The notes beneath the pieces were generated by a model. The model searched no databases and was not told where the DNA came from. It was given only the letters and a program-made list of their open reading frames with translations. Both the position numbers and the translations under genes were made by a program. DNA of 32,000 nt from Okeania sp. (GTDB taxonomy: Bacteria > Cyanobacteriota > Cyanobacteriia > Cyanobacteriales > Microcoleaceae), in NCBI RefSeq assembly GCF_035285525.1, contig NZ_JAYKGW010000028.1, positions 12,883 to 44,882 on the forward strand, given 5' to 3'. Below are positions 1 through 8,202 of the stretch, one piece after another. Positions within the stretch are counted from its first letter, which is position 1, and each line of letters opens with the position of its first letter.

Positions 1-164
1 CATAACTATAATTATGTAAAGTATAAACTTTTAAATTAGAGTTTTGTTTAGCCATATCTAAAATTGTTGGAAAGGTGTTTTCAGGATAACCAGTAATACT
101 AAGAATGGCGCAGTTATTTTCGAGGTGAAAATTATTGGCAATCATAAAATAAGCAATTTCATCT

Positions 165-479
165 TTATTGACAGACAACTAAGCAGTCAAAACTATAATT
201 ATTTAACTCAAAATCAAGGATTAAATTTTGATTTGATGTCAGAGGCGGTAATAATTTTTCTGGTGTACCATTAACAGATTTCCATTGACATTGCCATTCT
301 CTTAATTTAGATTCTTTAACTAAAAATTCTTGAACCACTGGTTCCTTATTTAAAAGTCTAATTCCACCAAAAGAAATAGATATTATTCCTAATATAGTTG
401 TGCAAACAAATGCCCAAAATATATTTAGTAAAAATAATGCGATCGCTCCCTCCAAAGTTAAAATGATACTTCCAATCAA
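165..479 (-). CDS. hypothetical small membrane protein
   Basis: 104-aa track ORF with a hydrophobic N-terminus (IILTLEGAIALFLLNIFWAFVCTTILGIISISF). No family recognised. A second frame stays open from about 160 to the window edge, so the gene may be frameshifted or longer. Confidence 0.35.
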   Translation of the reverse strand: MIGSIILTLEGAIALFLLNIFWAFVCTTILGIISISFGGIRLLNKEPVVQEFLVKESKLREWQCQWKSVNGTPEKLLPPLTSNQNLILDFELNNYSFDCLVVCQ

Positions 480-590
480 AGTTAATTATAAACCACATTT
501 ATAAAGGGCTTTATTATCGTTTTTTTATCTATAATGTATAACGTATTCAGTAACAAGTTAGGAAGAATAAATCTATATTGTTCCGTTGAT

Positions 591-1531
591 TCAGTAATTA
601 AAATAAAACCCAAATGATCGATAATTATACCTATTATCAAAATCATAAAATAACCTAACAGAAACTACTTTCGTTAAAAGTTTGCCACATTCAGTACTCG
701 TTGCTCTACCTGGTTCAATAATTAGTTTAATTTTAGATTCTAATTTATTTTATCTAAAGCTGCCGTTAATTGTTCTCCAAATTTTTGCCAGTCAAAAGCA
801 ACTTTATTGTGTTGATAAGGATAACCAAAACCTCCACCAAAATCTAAATATTTCCAGTCTGGTAATTGTTTACCAATTTCTAATAATTGATTAATAACTT
901 GAGTAAAAGCTTGAGTTGCATTAGTACCCGTTCCTCGATAAAAATGCAAACCTGTTAACTTTAAACCATATTGTTTAGTTAACTCAATTGCTAGAGGAAA
1001 TTCTTGGGGATTAACTCCGATACGACTTTCTCCAGTTAATTCTGGTAAATTTAATCGTAAACCTAATGCAGGAGGAGTTATTTTTTCTGCTAATTCCTGA
1101 TAAATTTGACAACATAATTCTAGTTGAGAAATACTATCTAAATTCAAGGTTTTCAGACCCCAAATTAAAACTTGTCGCATTTATTCTTGATTTAGATTAC
1201 TGCCACTATAAACAATCTGTTTAGGTTCAAATCCAGCTTTTAAACCTAAATAAATATCCCCAGGAGTATTAGCATGAATTCCCCAACCATAATCTTTAAA
1301 TATTTTCAGTAAATTAATATTACCATTAGTCACTAAAGCAAACTTAAATTCTGCAAGAGAATAGCTTATAGATTGAGTAATTTTAGCAATTGTTTGAGCT
1401 AAAATATTTTTCTTATAAACATACAAAGGAGAACCATAAAAACTGAGTAATTCTTGAGCTAAATCTAAGCTAAAAGGAGGATTTATTTTACTATGATTAC
1501 TGGTGGTTTGATTGAGAATTTGATTGTTCAT
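591..1531 (-). pseudogene. degraded PLP-dependent decarboxylase (Orn/DAP/Arg decarboxylase family 2, LysA-like)
   Basis: Track ORFs 1181..1531 and 740..1180 are contiguous and in the same frame, split only by a TAA (1181-1183) directly followed by ATG. Together they read as the N-terminal barrel of a family-2 decarboxylase (SPLYVY, HFYRGTGT, DFGGGFGYPY). The next conserved block, LIIEPGRA (about 705-740), lies in another frame, and the C-terminal domain is missing. Confidence 0.75.
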
Positions 1532-1619
1532 AATTAATAAGACTTATCTAGATTTAATGAATTTATCCTAATAGAATTTCCTGCGGAAGGCTCGGCAAAA
1601 AAACACAGCATTTTCCGAA

Positions 1620-1805
1620 TTTATGAGGTACAAATATTAATGATAAATCTTTGTAGTGCCCACATTTTGCCAGCACGAGAAAAATTTCATTATTAATTAT
1701 TCATTATTAATTATTTATGAGGTACAAATATTAATGATAAATCTTTGTAGTGCCGACATTTTGCCAGCGCGAGAAAAATTTCATTATTAATTATTAATTA
1801 TTAAT
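1620..1805. repeat. tandem direct repeat, 2 x ~94 bp
   Basis: TTTATGAGGTACAAATATTAATGATAAATCTTTGTAGTGCC.ACATTTTGCCAGC.CGAGAAAAATTTCATTATTAATTA occurs at 1620 and again at 1714 with 2 substitutions. A related partial copy lies at 25754-25789. Confidence 0.85.
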
Positions 1806-1814
1806 TGTTGAACT

Positions 1815-2237
1815 TTATTCTACTTGAAAAGTCTGTTCTCTTAAGAGGCGATCGCCAGAAAAAATTTCAACTTTCCAAGTACCAGGAATTGAACTATTAC
1901 CTATACGATAACGACAACGACTATGCCAAATTTCTTTTTCTACAGTCCGAGTTTGATAACGATTTTGATGGATAATTTCTCCTTGAGGATTAATCCAATC
2001 ACAACCTAAAGATAAAGGTTTACCAACCGGAGTATCTTTAAAAGTTACTCGAAAATGTAATCTTGGTGAACCGTCACGATTAATAATTTCTAAATTATGT
2101 TTATTGTCTTCTTCCAAAGTAATTCTACTATCAATAGCCATCATTTTAGCCAAAGCTTGTTGATACTTTTGCCAACTAAATACCGAATAGAAAATACCAG
2201 CAACTACCAAAACACTAATAAAAGTAGAAACAAGCAT
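1815..2237 (-). CDS. hypothetical membrane-anchored protein
   Basis: 140-aa ORF with an N-terminal TM helix (LVSTFISVLVVAGIFYSVF) followed by a soluble domain. No family recognised. Confidence 0.55.
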   Translation of the reverse strand: MLVSTFISVLVVAGIFYSVFSWQKYQQALAKMMAIDSRITLEEDNKHNLEIINRDGSPRLHFRVTFKDTPVGKPLSLGCDWINPQGEIIHQNRYQTRTVEKEIWHSRCRYRIGNSSIPGTWKVEIFSGDRLLREQTFQVE

Positions 2238-2578
2238 AATTATTTTTCTTTATTATGGCTAATTTTTTCTGATTTTATACTGCTAAAATAGCCTCATCTA
2301 ACAATTCAAAAGGCAAATTTAATTCGGTGATAATTTAGATTAATTGTTGGCGGTAATCCTGGGAATTTTTGTAGGAAGATAATCTTTCAATCTCTGAAAT
2401 AATTAACTTTAATTCTTCATCATTTATCTGATTCATATAGCAGGGAATAGGGAACAATTAACTGGGAACAGTTTCAATAATATTTTCCTTGTCTAAGATT
2501 AATTAGGGCTTGCTGATTTACTTTGTACAAATTAACAATATTAAAGTTATGAAAAGCATTTTTCTTGTGCTACAAAGG

Positions 2579-3016
2579 TTATAAAACCTGATTCAATATT
2601 TTCTTGTGTTCTTCAACAATATTGTCAGGAATATAATCAAAAAATTGAATTTTTTCTCCCTCTTCATTTTCTGAAGGAAGAGGAGAATTTGGAGTACATA
2701 AAAACACCAATCCCACCGACCAACCAAAACCTCGTTGTTTAACTTCACTAGGATATTCCAAATATCCTAAAAACTCTTGTTTTGTAACCGAAATATTCAA
2801 CTCTTCTTTAGCAATTCTCTGAATAGCATCTTCAGTATATTCTTGATAAAAAACTGTACCTCCAGGAATATGCCAAAGATTATTCCAAGAGGCATCTTTT
2901 CTGAGGGTTAAAACGACACCCATTTCAGTTTTTACAACTACTTCTACAACCAGTCTAGGAACACGAGAATATAAATATTGAAATTCTTCTGGAGAAAAAG
3001 GTTTTTTGCGACTCAT
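2579..3016 (-). CDS. NUDIX hydrolase
   Basis: Nudix-box-like segment GGTVFYQEYTEDAIQRIAKEELNI (G-x5-E-x7-R-x-x-x-E-E); 145 aa, typical size. Confidence 0.8.
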   Translation of the reverse strand: MSRKKPFSPEEFQYLYSRVPRLVVEVVVKTEMGVVLTLRKDASWNNLWHIPGGTVFYQEYTEDAIQRIAKEELNISVTKQEFLGYLEYPSEVKQRGFGWSVGLVFLCTPNSPLPSENEEGEKIQFFDYIPDNIVEEHKKILNQVL

Positions 3017-3018
3017 TT

Positions 3019-3050
3019 CAGTTATTAGTTATCAGTTATAAGTTATCAGT
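3019..3050. repeat. STRR heptamer array (CAGTTAT family)
   Basis: cagttattagttatcagttataagttatcagt begins 3 nt beyond the NUDIX start codon at 3016. Confidence 0.8.
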
Positions 3051-3053
3051 ATT

Positions 3054-3144
3054 AGGACTTACGCAAAGATATTATATATAGAGTTTTTTTAACTATTGCG
3101 CATGGGGTTTTAAGCACTATATCTAGGGTCGCTGCGTAAGTCCT
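3054..3144. mobile_element. MITE-like element, AGGACTTACGCA-TIR family, subtype I
   Basis: Bounded by AGGACTTACGCA and TGCGTAAGTCCT. The interior (AAAG.TA.TAT.TATAGAGTT...) is shared with the copies at 3438, 17629 and 18818. Confidence 0.7.
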
Positions 3145-3200
3145 GAATATCTCTGATTTCATCCAGAGGGTTGAAATACTGACAATAATTAATATTAATC

Positions 3201-3327
3201 AGGACTTACGCAAAGCCAGGAAATTTTGTCGTTCCGCGACTCGGAGCGCCAGCGACAGCATTTGCGGAGCATTCCAGACCGAAAGCAATCTCAAATGCCT
3301 AAAACTTGTTGCTCATGGGTAAATCCT
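3201..3327. mobile_element. MITE-like element, same TIR family, subtype II
   Basis: AGGACTTACGCA ... GGGTAAATCCT. The GC-rich interior is the reverse complement of the interiors at 5052-5194 and 26011-26139. Confidence 0.7.
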
Positions 3328-3437
3328 GTTAATTTTATTTATCGGGAAATTACAAAATTAATTACAGCATTTTTCAGGTTAATGAACCACATACAGAAGA
3401 TTCGAGGTAAATAAAGTATAGATATTCAGAATTAATC

Positions 3438-3526
3438 AAGACTTACGCAAAGGTACTATCTATAGAGTTAAAAAACTATAGCGCCATAGTTTGAAGCGCT
3501 ATATGTAGCGTCACTATGTAAGTCCT
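3438..3526. mobile_element. MITE-like element, same TIR family, subtype I
   Basis: AAGACTTACGCAAAGGTACTATCTATAGAGTT ... CTATGTAAGTCCT; near-identical left arm to the copy at 17629. Confidence 0.7.
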
Positions 3527-3624
3527 ATTAATTAAATGTCTTTAGTGTAATTTTGCCCGCGAGCGGAATCCGCTATTAAAAAATAGAGTGGTTTGGAAAT
3601 AAAAATTTAAAATGCTCAATTACT

Positions 3625-3803
3625 AGGACTTACACGGGAGGCACTATATATAGAGTATGGCTCAGTTACGAGATACGCTTTTTCGTATAGGGAATGCTCC
3701 GCTTTCCATGTCGCGTAGCGTTTCGGCGCTTGAGCCGACATATAAAGGGGAGCTTTGCGGAACGCAAAACGCGCCCTACGGATAGCGTCCATGGGTAAGT
3801 CCT
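3625..3803. mobile_element. MITE-like element, same TIR family, longer or chimeric
   Basis: AGGACTTACACGGG ... CATGGGTAAGTCCT; 179 bp with a subtype-I-like left arm and a distinct GC-rich interior. Confidence 0.6.
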
Positions 3804-3913
3804 ATATATAAAGCTTTCAAGATTTTAGGTTAAAAAAACACTATAAACCTTTATTTGTCAGGGTTTTAGCCATTTTCTTAGGCTTAATTCCCAACAACTA
3901 TAATGATAATCTT

Positions 3914-3941
3914 GTAGAGACGTTGCATGCAACGTCCCTAC
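3914..3941. repeat. palindromic hairpin element (GTAGRGACGTT...AACGTCCCTAC family)
   Basis: gtagagacgttgcatgcaacgtccctac is a near-perfect palindrome. Further copies at 5501, 5558, 16108, 20977 and 22541. Confidence 0.85.
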
Positions 3942-4061
3942 TTTGGTCTACCCAAATCAAAACCGCTGTAAGGTTTGGTGAATAAGTGAAAACAGCCTTA
4001 GAGAGGGGGAAGTTTTGAATTGACTGTTTGGAAGTTTCTTGGTTCCCAAACTTCCCAGACT

Positions 4062-4943
4062 CTAATTAGCAGGTGTCAAAATAATCTCTGTGCGCTGGTT
4101 GACATCAGCAGTGGGATCGCTACCAGGGACTGGTTGAGAATAACCCTTTCCTTCGCCAACAACCTGATATGGTATATTCTGTTCTCTTAAATATTTAACC
4201 ACAGCATTTGCTCGGTCTTGAGAAATTTCGTTATTTATCTGAGGATCACCAACTTTTGATGTATGACCTTCAACTCTAATAGCAACTTGATTAGGATCGT
4301 ATTCCTTGATTTCTGAGATGAAGTTCTTTATAGTTTGTTCTGCTGCAGGAGATAAGTCAACTTCGTTGATACCAAATTTGATTTGACCTAAAGTTTTGGC
4401 TGTAGTCAAATCTTTTTCTTGTGACTCAGATGTTGTCGTTGTATCTGTTCTAGCAACAGGAGTCTCAGGTTCTAGAGTTTCAGTATTAGTTTCAGTATTA
4501 GTTCCTGCATCCACTGTTTCCCCAGTTGCTAGTTCTGTGGTAGTTCCTGCATCCACTGTTTCCCCAGTTGCTGGTTCTGTAGCAGTTGTTGTATCTGTTG
4601 TTTCCCCAGTTGCTGGTTCTGTGGTAGTTGTTGTATCCGTTGTTTCCCCAGTTGCTGGTTCTGTAGTAGTTGCAGTTATCTCAGTATCTTCTGTTTCTAT
4701 AATTGTAGTTGAAGATTCTGGGTCAGTGGTAATTGTAGTTGTCTCAGTATCTATTGTTTCTGTTATAATGTCCTCTGCTTGAGAATCTGCATTTTCACTT
4801 AATTGAACTTCAATAGTAGGACGTTTAAAAGCATTAGGACTAGCAAAAGCCCAAGCACAAATTACCATAAAGCCCGTCAAACCTGCTAAGATGGCAGGAC
4901 TTACAATACCTTGGTCATTTACTTCTTCTTGTTCTGTACTCAT
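4062..4943 (-). CDS. OmpA/MotB-family peptidoglycan-binding protein with N-terminal TM anchor and Thr/Glu-rich linker
   Basis: C-terminal OmpA-like domain (IRVEGHTSKVGDPQINNEISQDRANAVVKYL ... QPVPGSDPTADVNQRTEI), N-terminal TM helix (ILAGLTGFMVICAWAFA) and a central acidic Thr-rich repeat region. Confidence 0.85.
   Translation of the reverse strand: MSTEQEEVNDQGIVSPAILAGLTGFMVICAWAFASPNAFKRPTIEVQLSENADSQAEDIITETIDTETTTITTDPESSTTIIETEDTEITATTTEPATGETTDTTTTTEPATGETTDTTTATEPATGETVDAGTTTELATGETVDAGTNTETNTETLEPETPVARTDTTTTSESQEKDLTTAKTLGQIKFGINEVDLSPAAEQTIKNFISEIKEYDPNQVAIRVEGHTSKVGDPQINNEISQDRANAVVKYLREQNIPYQVVGEGKGYSQPVPGSDPTADVNQRTEIILTPAN
4494..4680. repeat. in-frame 42-bp tandem repeat (about 4 units) inside the OmpA-like gene
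   Basis: CCCCAGTTGCTGGTTCTGT recurs at 4520, 4562, 4604 and 4646, an exact 42-nt period. It encodes a roughly 14-aa unit, TTEPATGETTDTTT. Confidence 0.9.
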
Positions 4944-5051
4944 ATCAATATAGCTCCAAATTTTAGATATTATAATACCAATTCACTTTAAAGATGTTAC
5001 CAATAGTTTCAGAGCTTAAATGTCTAATAATTGCCTGAAAATATCGTCTTC

Positions 5052-5194
5052 AGGACTTACGCATTGAGAACGAGTATTAGGTATCTGAGATTGCTTTCGG
5101 TCCGGAATGCTGCACAAACCAAAACGCTGTCGCTTGCGCTTCGCAAAGCTGCGAGTCGCGCAATGACAGAAACACGTTATTTTGCGTAAGTCCT
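5052..5194. mobile_element. MITE-like element, AGGACTTACGCA-TIR family, subtype II
   Basis: AGGACTTACGCATTGAGAACGAG ... TTTTGCGTAAGTCCT, with the same interior as 26011-26139. Confidence 0.75.
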
Positions 5195-5500
5195 AGTCTT
5201 GTCAAAGTTTTGAGTAGATAAAATCTGACTTCTAACTTCTGACTTTTGTGAAAGGGTATAACTTTTATTGAAGAGTATATCCTAAATAACTTTAAAATTA
5301 AGGATTTTTTTGGGCAGTTCAATAACAAATGTGCAAATTAAATTTTCTAGCTCAGGAAATAGAAGAGAAGATTAGTAATTTTGTATAGTACAACACTTAT
5401 CCAGGAACACTCATAAATTTGTAATTAATTTTGTTCCCCTACTTAATAAGACTTTAATTTTAAATTTTATCGATGAACCACATCGTCACAACCAAAATTT

Positions 5501-5531
5501 TGTAGGGACGTTGCATAAGGGCGTCCCTACA
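5501..5531. repeat. palindromic hairpin element (GTAGGGACGTT family)
   Basis: tgtagggacgttgcataagggcgtccctaca. Confidence 0.8.
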
Positions 5532-5557
5532 GTTGTCTACTCGAATAATAGTTATAG

Positions 5558-5587
5558 TTAGAGACGTTCCACAGGAACACCTCTAGA
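5558..5587. repeat. palindromic hairpin element, degenerate copy
   Basis: gttagagacgttccacaggaacacctctag. Confidence 0.6.
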
Positions 5588-5607
5588 AAATTTTGATTAG
5601 TATTAAC

Positions 5608-5710
5608 AGGACTAAAGCCATGTGAACCCAGAAACCCGGTACGAGGGTAGATTATTACCGCTCAAAACAACGATTTATCCTAGAAACCGGGTTCCTCCCG
5701 TGTAAGTCCT
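5608..5710. mobile_element. MITE-like element, related TIR (AGGACTAAAGCC ... CGTGTAAGTCCT)
   Basis: Terminal inverted similarity to the AGGACTTACGCA family. The interior carries an AGAAACCCGGT / AGAAACCGGGTT inverted pair. Confidence 0.5.
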
Positions 5711-5716
5711 AATTAA

Positions 5717-5857
5717 CTAACCAACTTGATAAGCGGTACTAAGTCCCCAAAAAAGAAGAAAGACTATACTACCCAAAATAATAATGGCAGAAATACTGAT
5801 CGCTTTGGGGGTATCTGCTCCCTTAAATTTCATTATTCCACGGTCGAGGTCTGACAT
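5717..5857 (-). CDS. small (46 aa) single-pass membrane protein
   Basis: An internal ATG at 5857 is preceded by TAGGAGAAATACA, a strong SD about 8 nt upstream. Product: MSDLDRGIMKFKGADTPKAISISAIIILGSIVFLLFWGLSTAYQVG, with a C-terminal TM helix. The longer 92-aa track ORF (to 5995) lacks such a signal. Confidence 0.5.
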   Translation of the reverse strand: MSDLDRGIMKFKGADTPKAISISAIIILGSIVFLLFWGLSTAYQVG

Positions 5858-6216
5858 TGTATTTCTCCTAAACTTTACTATTGATTTTAACCGAGAATTT
5901 CTCGAAATATATTTACCTATTACTGTATTTTCTAATAGTTTGGTGACAGATTCCTCTGGAATTTTAAAATAATAATAAAGATTAACAATAGTCATTTAGG
6001 GAGTAGGGAGTAGTTAGGGTTTGCGCTTCTTAAGTCTTTTTTTTAGGAGTAGGGGAGCGCTTGAGTAGGGGAGCAGGAAAGTAATTTTTTTGCCCAACGA
6101 TGTGCCTAAAATAGTAACTTGAGGAGCATTAAGCAGCTCAAAATCAGGTACTTTTTCCCGACCTAAAATGACTAAAACCTTTATATCTAAATGCTTTTAT
6201 ATTTCATCAGCAAATC

Positions 6217-7197
6217 CTACTTATGGGCGATTACATAATAACGCCAAGGAGCAGGATAACCTTCAATAGTTAGTGAGGGATCGTGAGGATGAAGAAATTC
6301 TGGTAAACTATCAATATTTGCCCAAGTAGTGCGTCGTTGCTCTTGAATGGACAAAGGTTCGGCAAAAAAACAATGGATATCGCTAAACCCTGCTCTCCCT
6401 ATCCAATTTTCCAAGCAAGACTTAGTAGGAAGAAACCAAATACCCCGCGCTTGAGCATAACGTTTTTGGGGTGTGAGTGCCACTGGTAAATCTCCAGGAA
6501 TACCCTGACAGTCAATAATAATTTCACCTTTAGGTGTTAATGCTTCTCGCATTTTGCGTAATAAACTAATAGGGTCGGTGTGATGATAGAGAATACCCAG
6601 GCAAAAAATGGTGTCAAAAAATTGGGGGTAGTAGTGAATGTGTTCAACTCCTAAAAGTTCAAATACTAGCATTTTTTGTTTGACAATATTTTGGATAAGT
6701 TGAAAATTCCAGAAATGTTTGGTGTAGGGTTCAAAACCGATGACTAATTCTGGTTGTTGCTCTGCCATCCGAAACATAAAATAACCGTTGTGACAACCAA
6801 TATCAGCAACTTTACGATTTTTCAGAGAACTAATATGGGGTAAAATGCGTTCCCATTTCCAGTCGGAACGCCATTCTGCATCTATGGTTATGCCAAATAG
6901 TTCAAAAGGACCTTTTTTCCAAGGGCAAAATAATTGCAAGGAGTTGTGAAATATTTGTTTTTGCTCTGTGGAAAGTTCGTCAGGGCGACCAACTTTGATG
7001 ACTGCACTGGAAAAGTCAAAAAAGTCACTTTGAATATCTGTTATTGTTTGTACTGCTTCGTAATATTTTTGAGTAGAAGGTTCAAATAATTTTGTTTTTC
7101 TTTCTTGACGAATTTTTAATATTTCTTCTGTGTTGATGGGGATGTTATATTTATATAAATAATCTGGGGAAATATAGTCAATATTTTTGTTAAACAT
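6217..7197 (-). CDS. cmoB: tRNA U34 carboxymethyltransferase CmoB (cmo5U34 synthesis)
   Basis: Collinear with E. coli CmoB as I recall it: PWKKGPF.L.G..ID.EWRSDWKW.R.LPH, DIGC.NGY, YAQ.R...F.P, EEQRRT.W, FL.PHDP..T.EGYPAP.R. Confidence 0.93.
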   Translation of the reverse strand: MFNKNIDYISPDYLYKYNIPINTEEILKIRQERKTKLFEPSTQKYYEAVQTITDIQSDFFDFSSAVIKVGRPDELSTEQKQIFHNSLQLFCPWKKGPFELFGITIDAEWRSDWKWERILPHISSLKNRKVADIGCHNGYFMFRMAEQQPELVIGFEPYTKHFWNFQLIQNIVKQKMLVFELLGVEHIHYYPQFFDTIFCLGILYHHTDPISLLRKMREALTPKGEIIIDCQGIPGDLPVALTPQKRYAQARGIWFLPTKSCLENWIGRAGFSDIHCFFAEPLSIQEQRRTTWANIDSLPEFLHPHDPSLTIEGYPAPWRYYVIAHK

Positions 7198-7223
7198 AAG
7201 TTCAGAGAGGGAACAGGTAATTT

Positions 7224-7247
7224 CAGTTATCAGTTATCAGTTATCAC
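7224..7247. repeat. STRR heptamer array (CAGTTAT family)
   Basis: cagttatcagttatcagttatcac, 27 nt upstream of the cmoB start, followed by CAGAGGCTTGAAATACTGA as also seen at 3165 and 20645. Confidence 0.8.
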
Positions 7248-7499
7248 TGGAGTTTAGACTAACAGTCAGAGGCTTGAAATACTGAGTTAAATATTTTTTC
7301 ATCCCCGAATAAGGCGAGGCTTTATACCTCATTTTTTGGTAAGAGTTCCAGTTTTTTTTATTAGGACTTACGCAGAAACCGGGTTTATTTAGGGAAATTT
7401 ATATAATTGATAATTTATGGATAAGATGAGAAATTTAGAGTAGAATATATAATTAATTTTGCATAAGCATTTAGTGATTAAATATGAAGTTTTTATATA

Positions 7500-7691
7500 T
7501 AAGCATTCAGCTATTAGCATTCAGCTAGCTTCCTGGGGAAGAACTGCGTTAACAGCTTTTTAAAGAATCAAGCAAAGACTAAGGTTAGCTGACAAAAATG
7601 TTTCATTCATAACTTTTAATTCTCCTTGACTACTAATTCCTTCTTCCAAGATAATATGTTAATAACTCATAGCTGACGACTGAATGCTTAC
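7500..7691. mobile_element. MITE-like element with GTAAGCATTCAGC TIR
   Basis: TAAGCATTCAGCTATTAGCATTCAGCT at 7500 and its inverse AGCTGACGACTGAATGCTTACG at 7670-7691. Same termini at 29136/29438, and a solo end at about 24215-24240. Confidence 0.7.
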
Positions 7692-7755
7692 GTTTTTATT
7701 TGTCAATATCAATGGTTTTATATTTAATCACCAAACCCCAATTTATTCTAAAATT

Positions 7756-8202
7756 TTAATCAATCAAATTACCATATTTATTCATAAAATCTAAGAGAAT
7801 TTTTTGATGAAACTCACCAAGCGATCGCTCCATTCCTGCATTTTCAGAATAAGCTTTACCTGCCTTAATTTCTCCGGTTGTTAATAACCCCATATCCCAA
7901 CCTTCTCCCAAAACTAAATCTTTTAATTCTACAGTTAAAGGAGCATAAAATACATGACGAACAACATGAGTATCATAGTAAACACCAAACTCCCAAACTG
8001 TATCAGGAGCATAACTTATTTCTTCAATTAATTCTCGTTTCATAGCCACTTCTGGTGTTTCTCTTGGTTCAATATGACCCCCAAAAAAAGCCCATTTACC
8101 AGGATGAGCAATACCAGAAATATCATCTCGTAATTGTAAGAGAAATTTTCCTTGTCGGTAAAGAATAGCGATCGCCACATGAGGTAAATTATTGTTATTC
8201 AT
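7756..8202 (-). CDS. NUDIX hydrolase
   Basis: Canonical Nudix box GGHIEPRETPEVAMKRELIEEISY; 148 aa. Confidence 0.85.
   Translation of the reverse strand: MNNNNLPHVAIAILYRQGKFLLQLRDDISGIAHPGKWAFFGGHIEPRETPEVAMKRELIEEISYAPDTVWEFGVYYDTHVVRHVFYAPLTVELKDLVLGEGWDMGLLTTGEIKAGKAYSENAGMERSLGEFHQKILLDFMNKYGNLID

Noticed and set aside
1-479. Possible frameshifted gene: a +1 frame after ...NNYSFDCL continues as SVNKDEIAYFMIANNFHLENNCAILSITGYPENTFPTILDMAKQNSNLKVYTLHNYSY to the window edge.
   Set aside because: The continuation is truncated by the window and neither part matches a family I recognise, so a frameshift cannot be supported.
682-894. Short track ORFs 682..894, 2097..2291, 5784..5972, 11763..11948, 18099..18296, 18900..19109 and 30733..30942.
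   Set aside because: Each lies antisense to, or overlaps, a better-supported gene, pseudogene or heptamer array (30733..30942 reads PTPYSLL through the CCCTACT strand). None shows motifs.
2275-2436. 54-codon minus-strand reading frame (MNQINDEELKLIISEIERLSSYKNSQDYRQQLI*IITELNLPFELLDEAILAV) with one in-frame TAA at 2335-2337; possibly a small-gene remnant.
   Set aside because: It is too short and has no recognisable family. It cannot be distinguished from chance without homologues.
3226-3414. 62-aa ORF; likewise 5077..5328, 25731..26042 and 25789..26013.
   Set aside because: All are read through the GC-rich interiors of subtype-II MITE-like elements. The same sequence occurs in both orientations at different loci, which argues against a coding function.
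4396-4782. 128-aa plus-strand ORF (Val/Ser-rich).
   Set aside because: It is antisense to the Thr/Glu repeat region of the OmpA-like gene, a low-complexity artefact of the repeat.
6090-6216. Open minus-strand frame without a start (..HLDIKVLVILGREKVPDFELLNAPQVTILGTSLGKK..) downstream of cmoB; possible gene fragment.
   Set aside because: There is no start codon, only about 50 codons, and no diagnostic motif.
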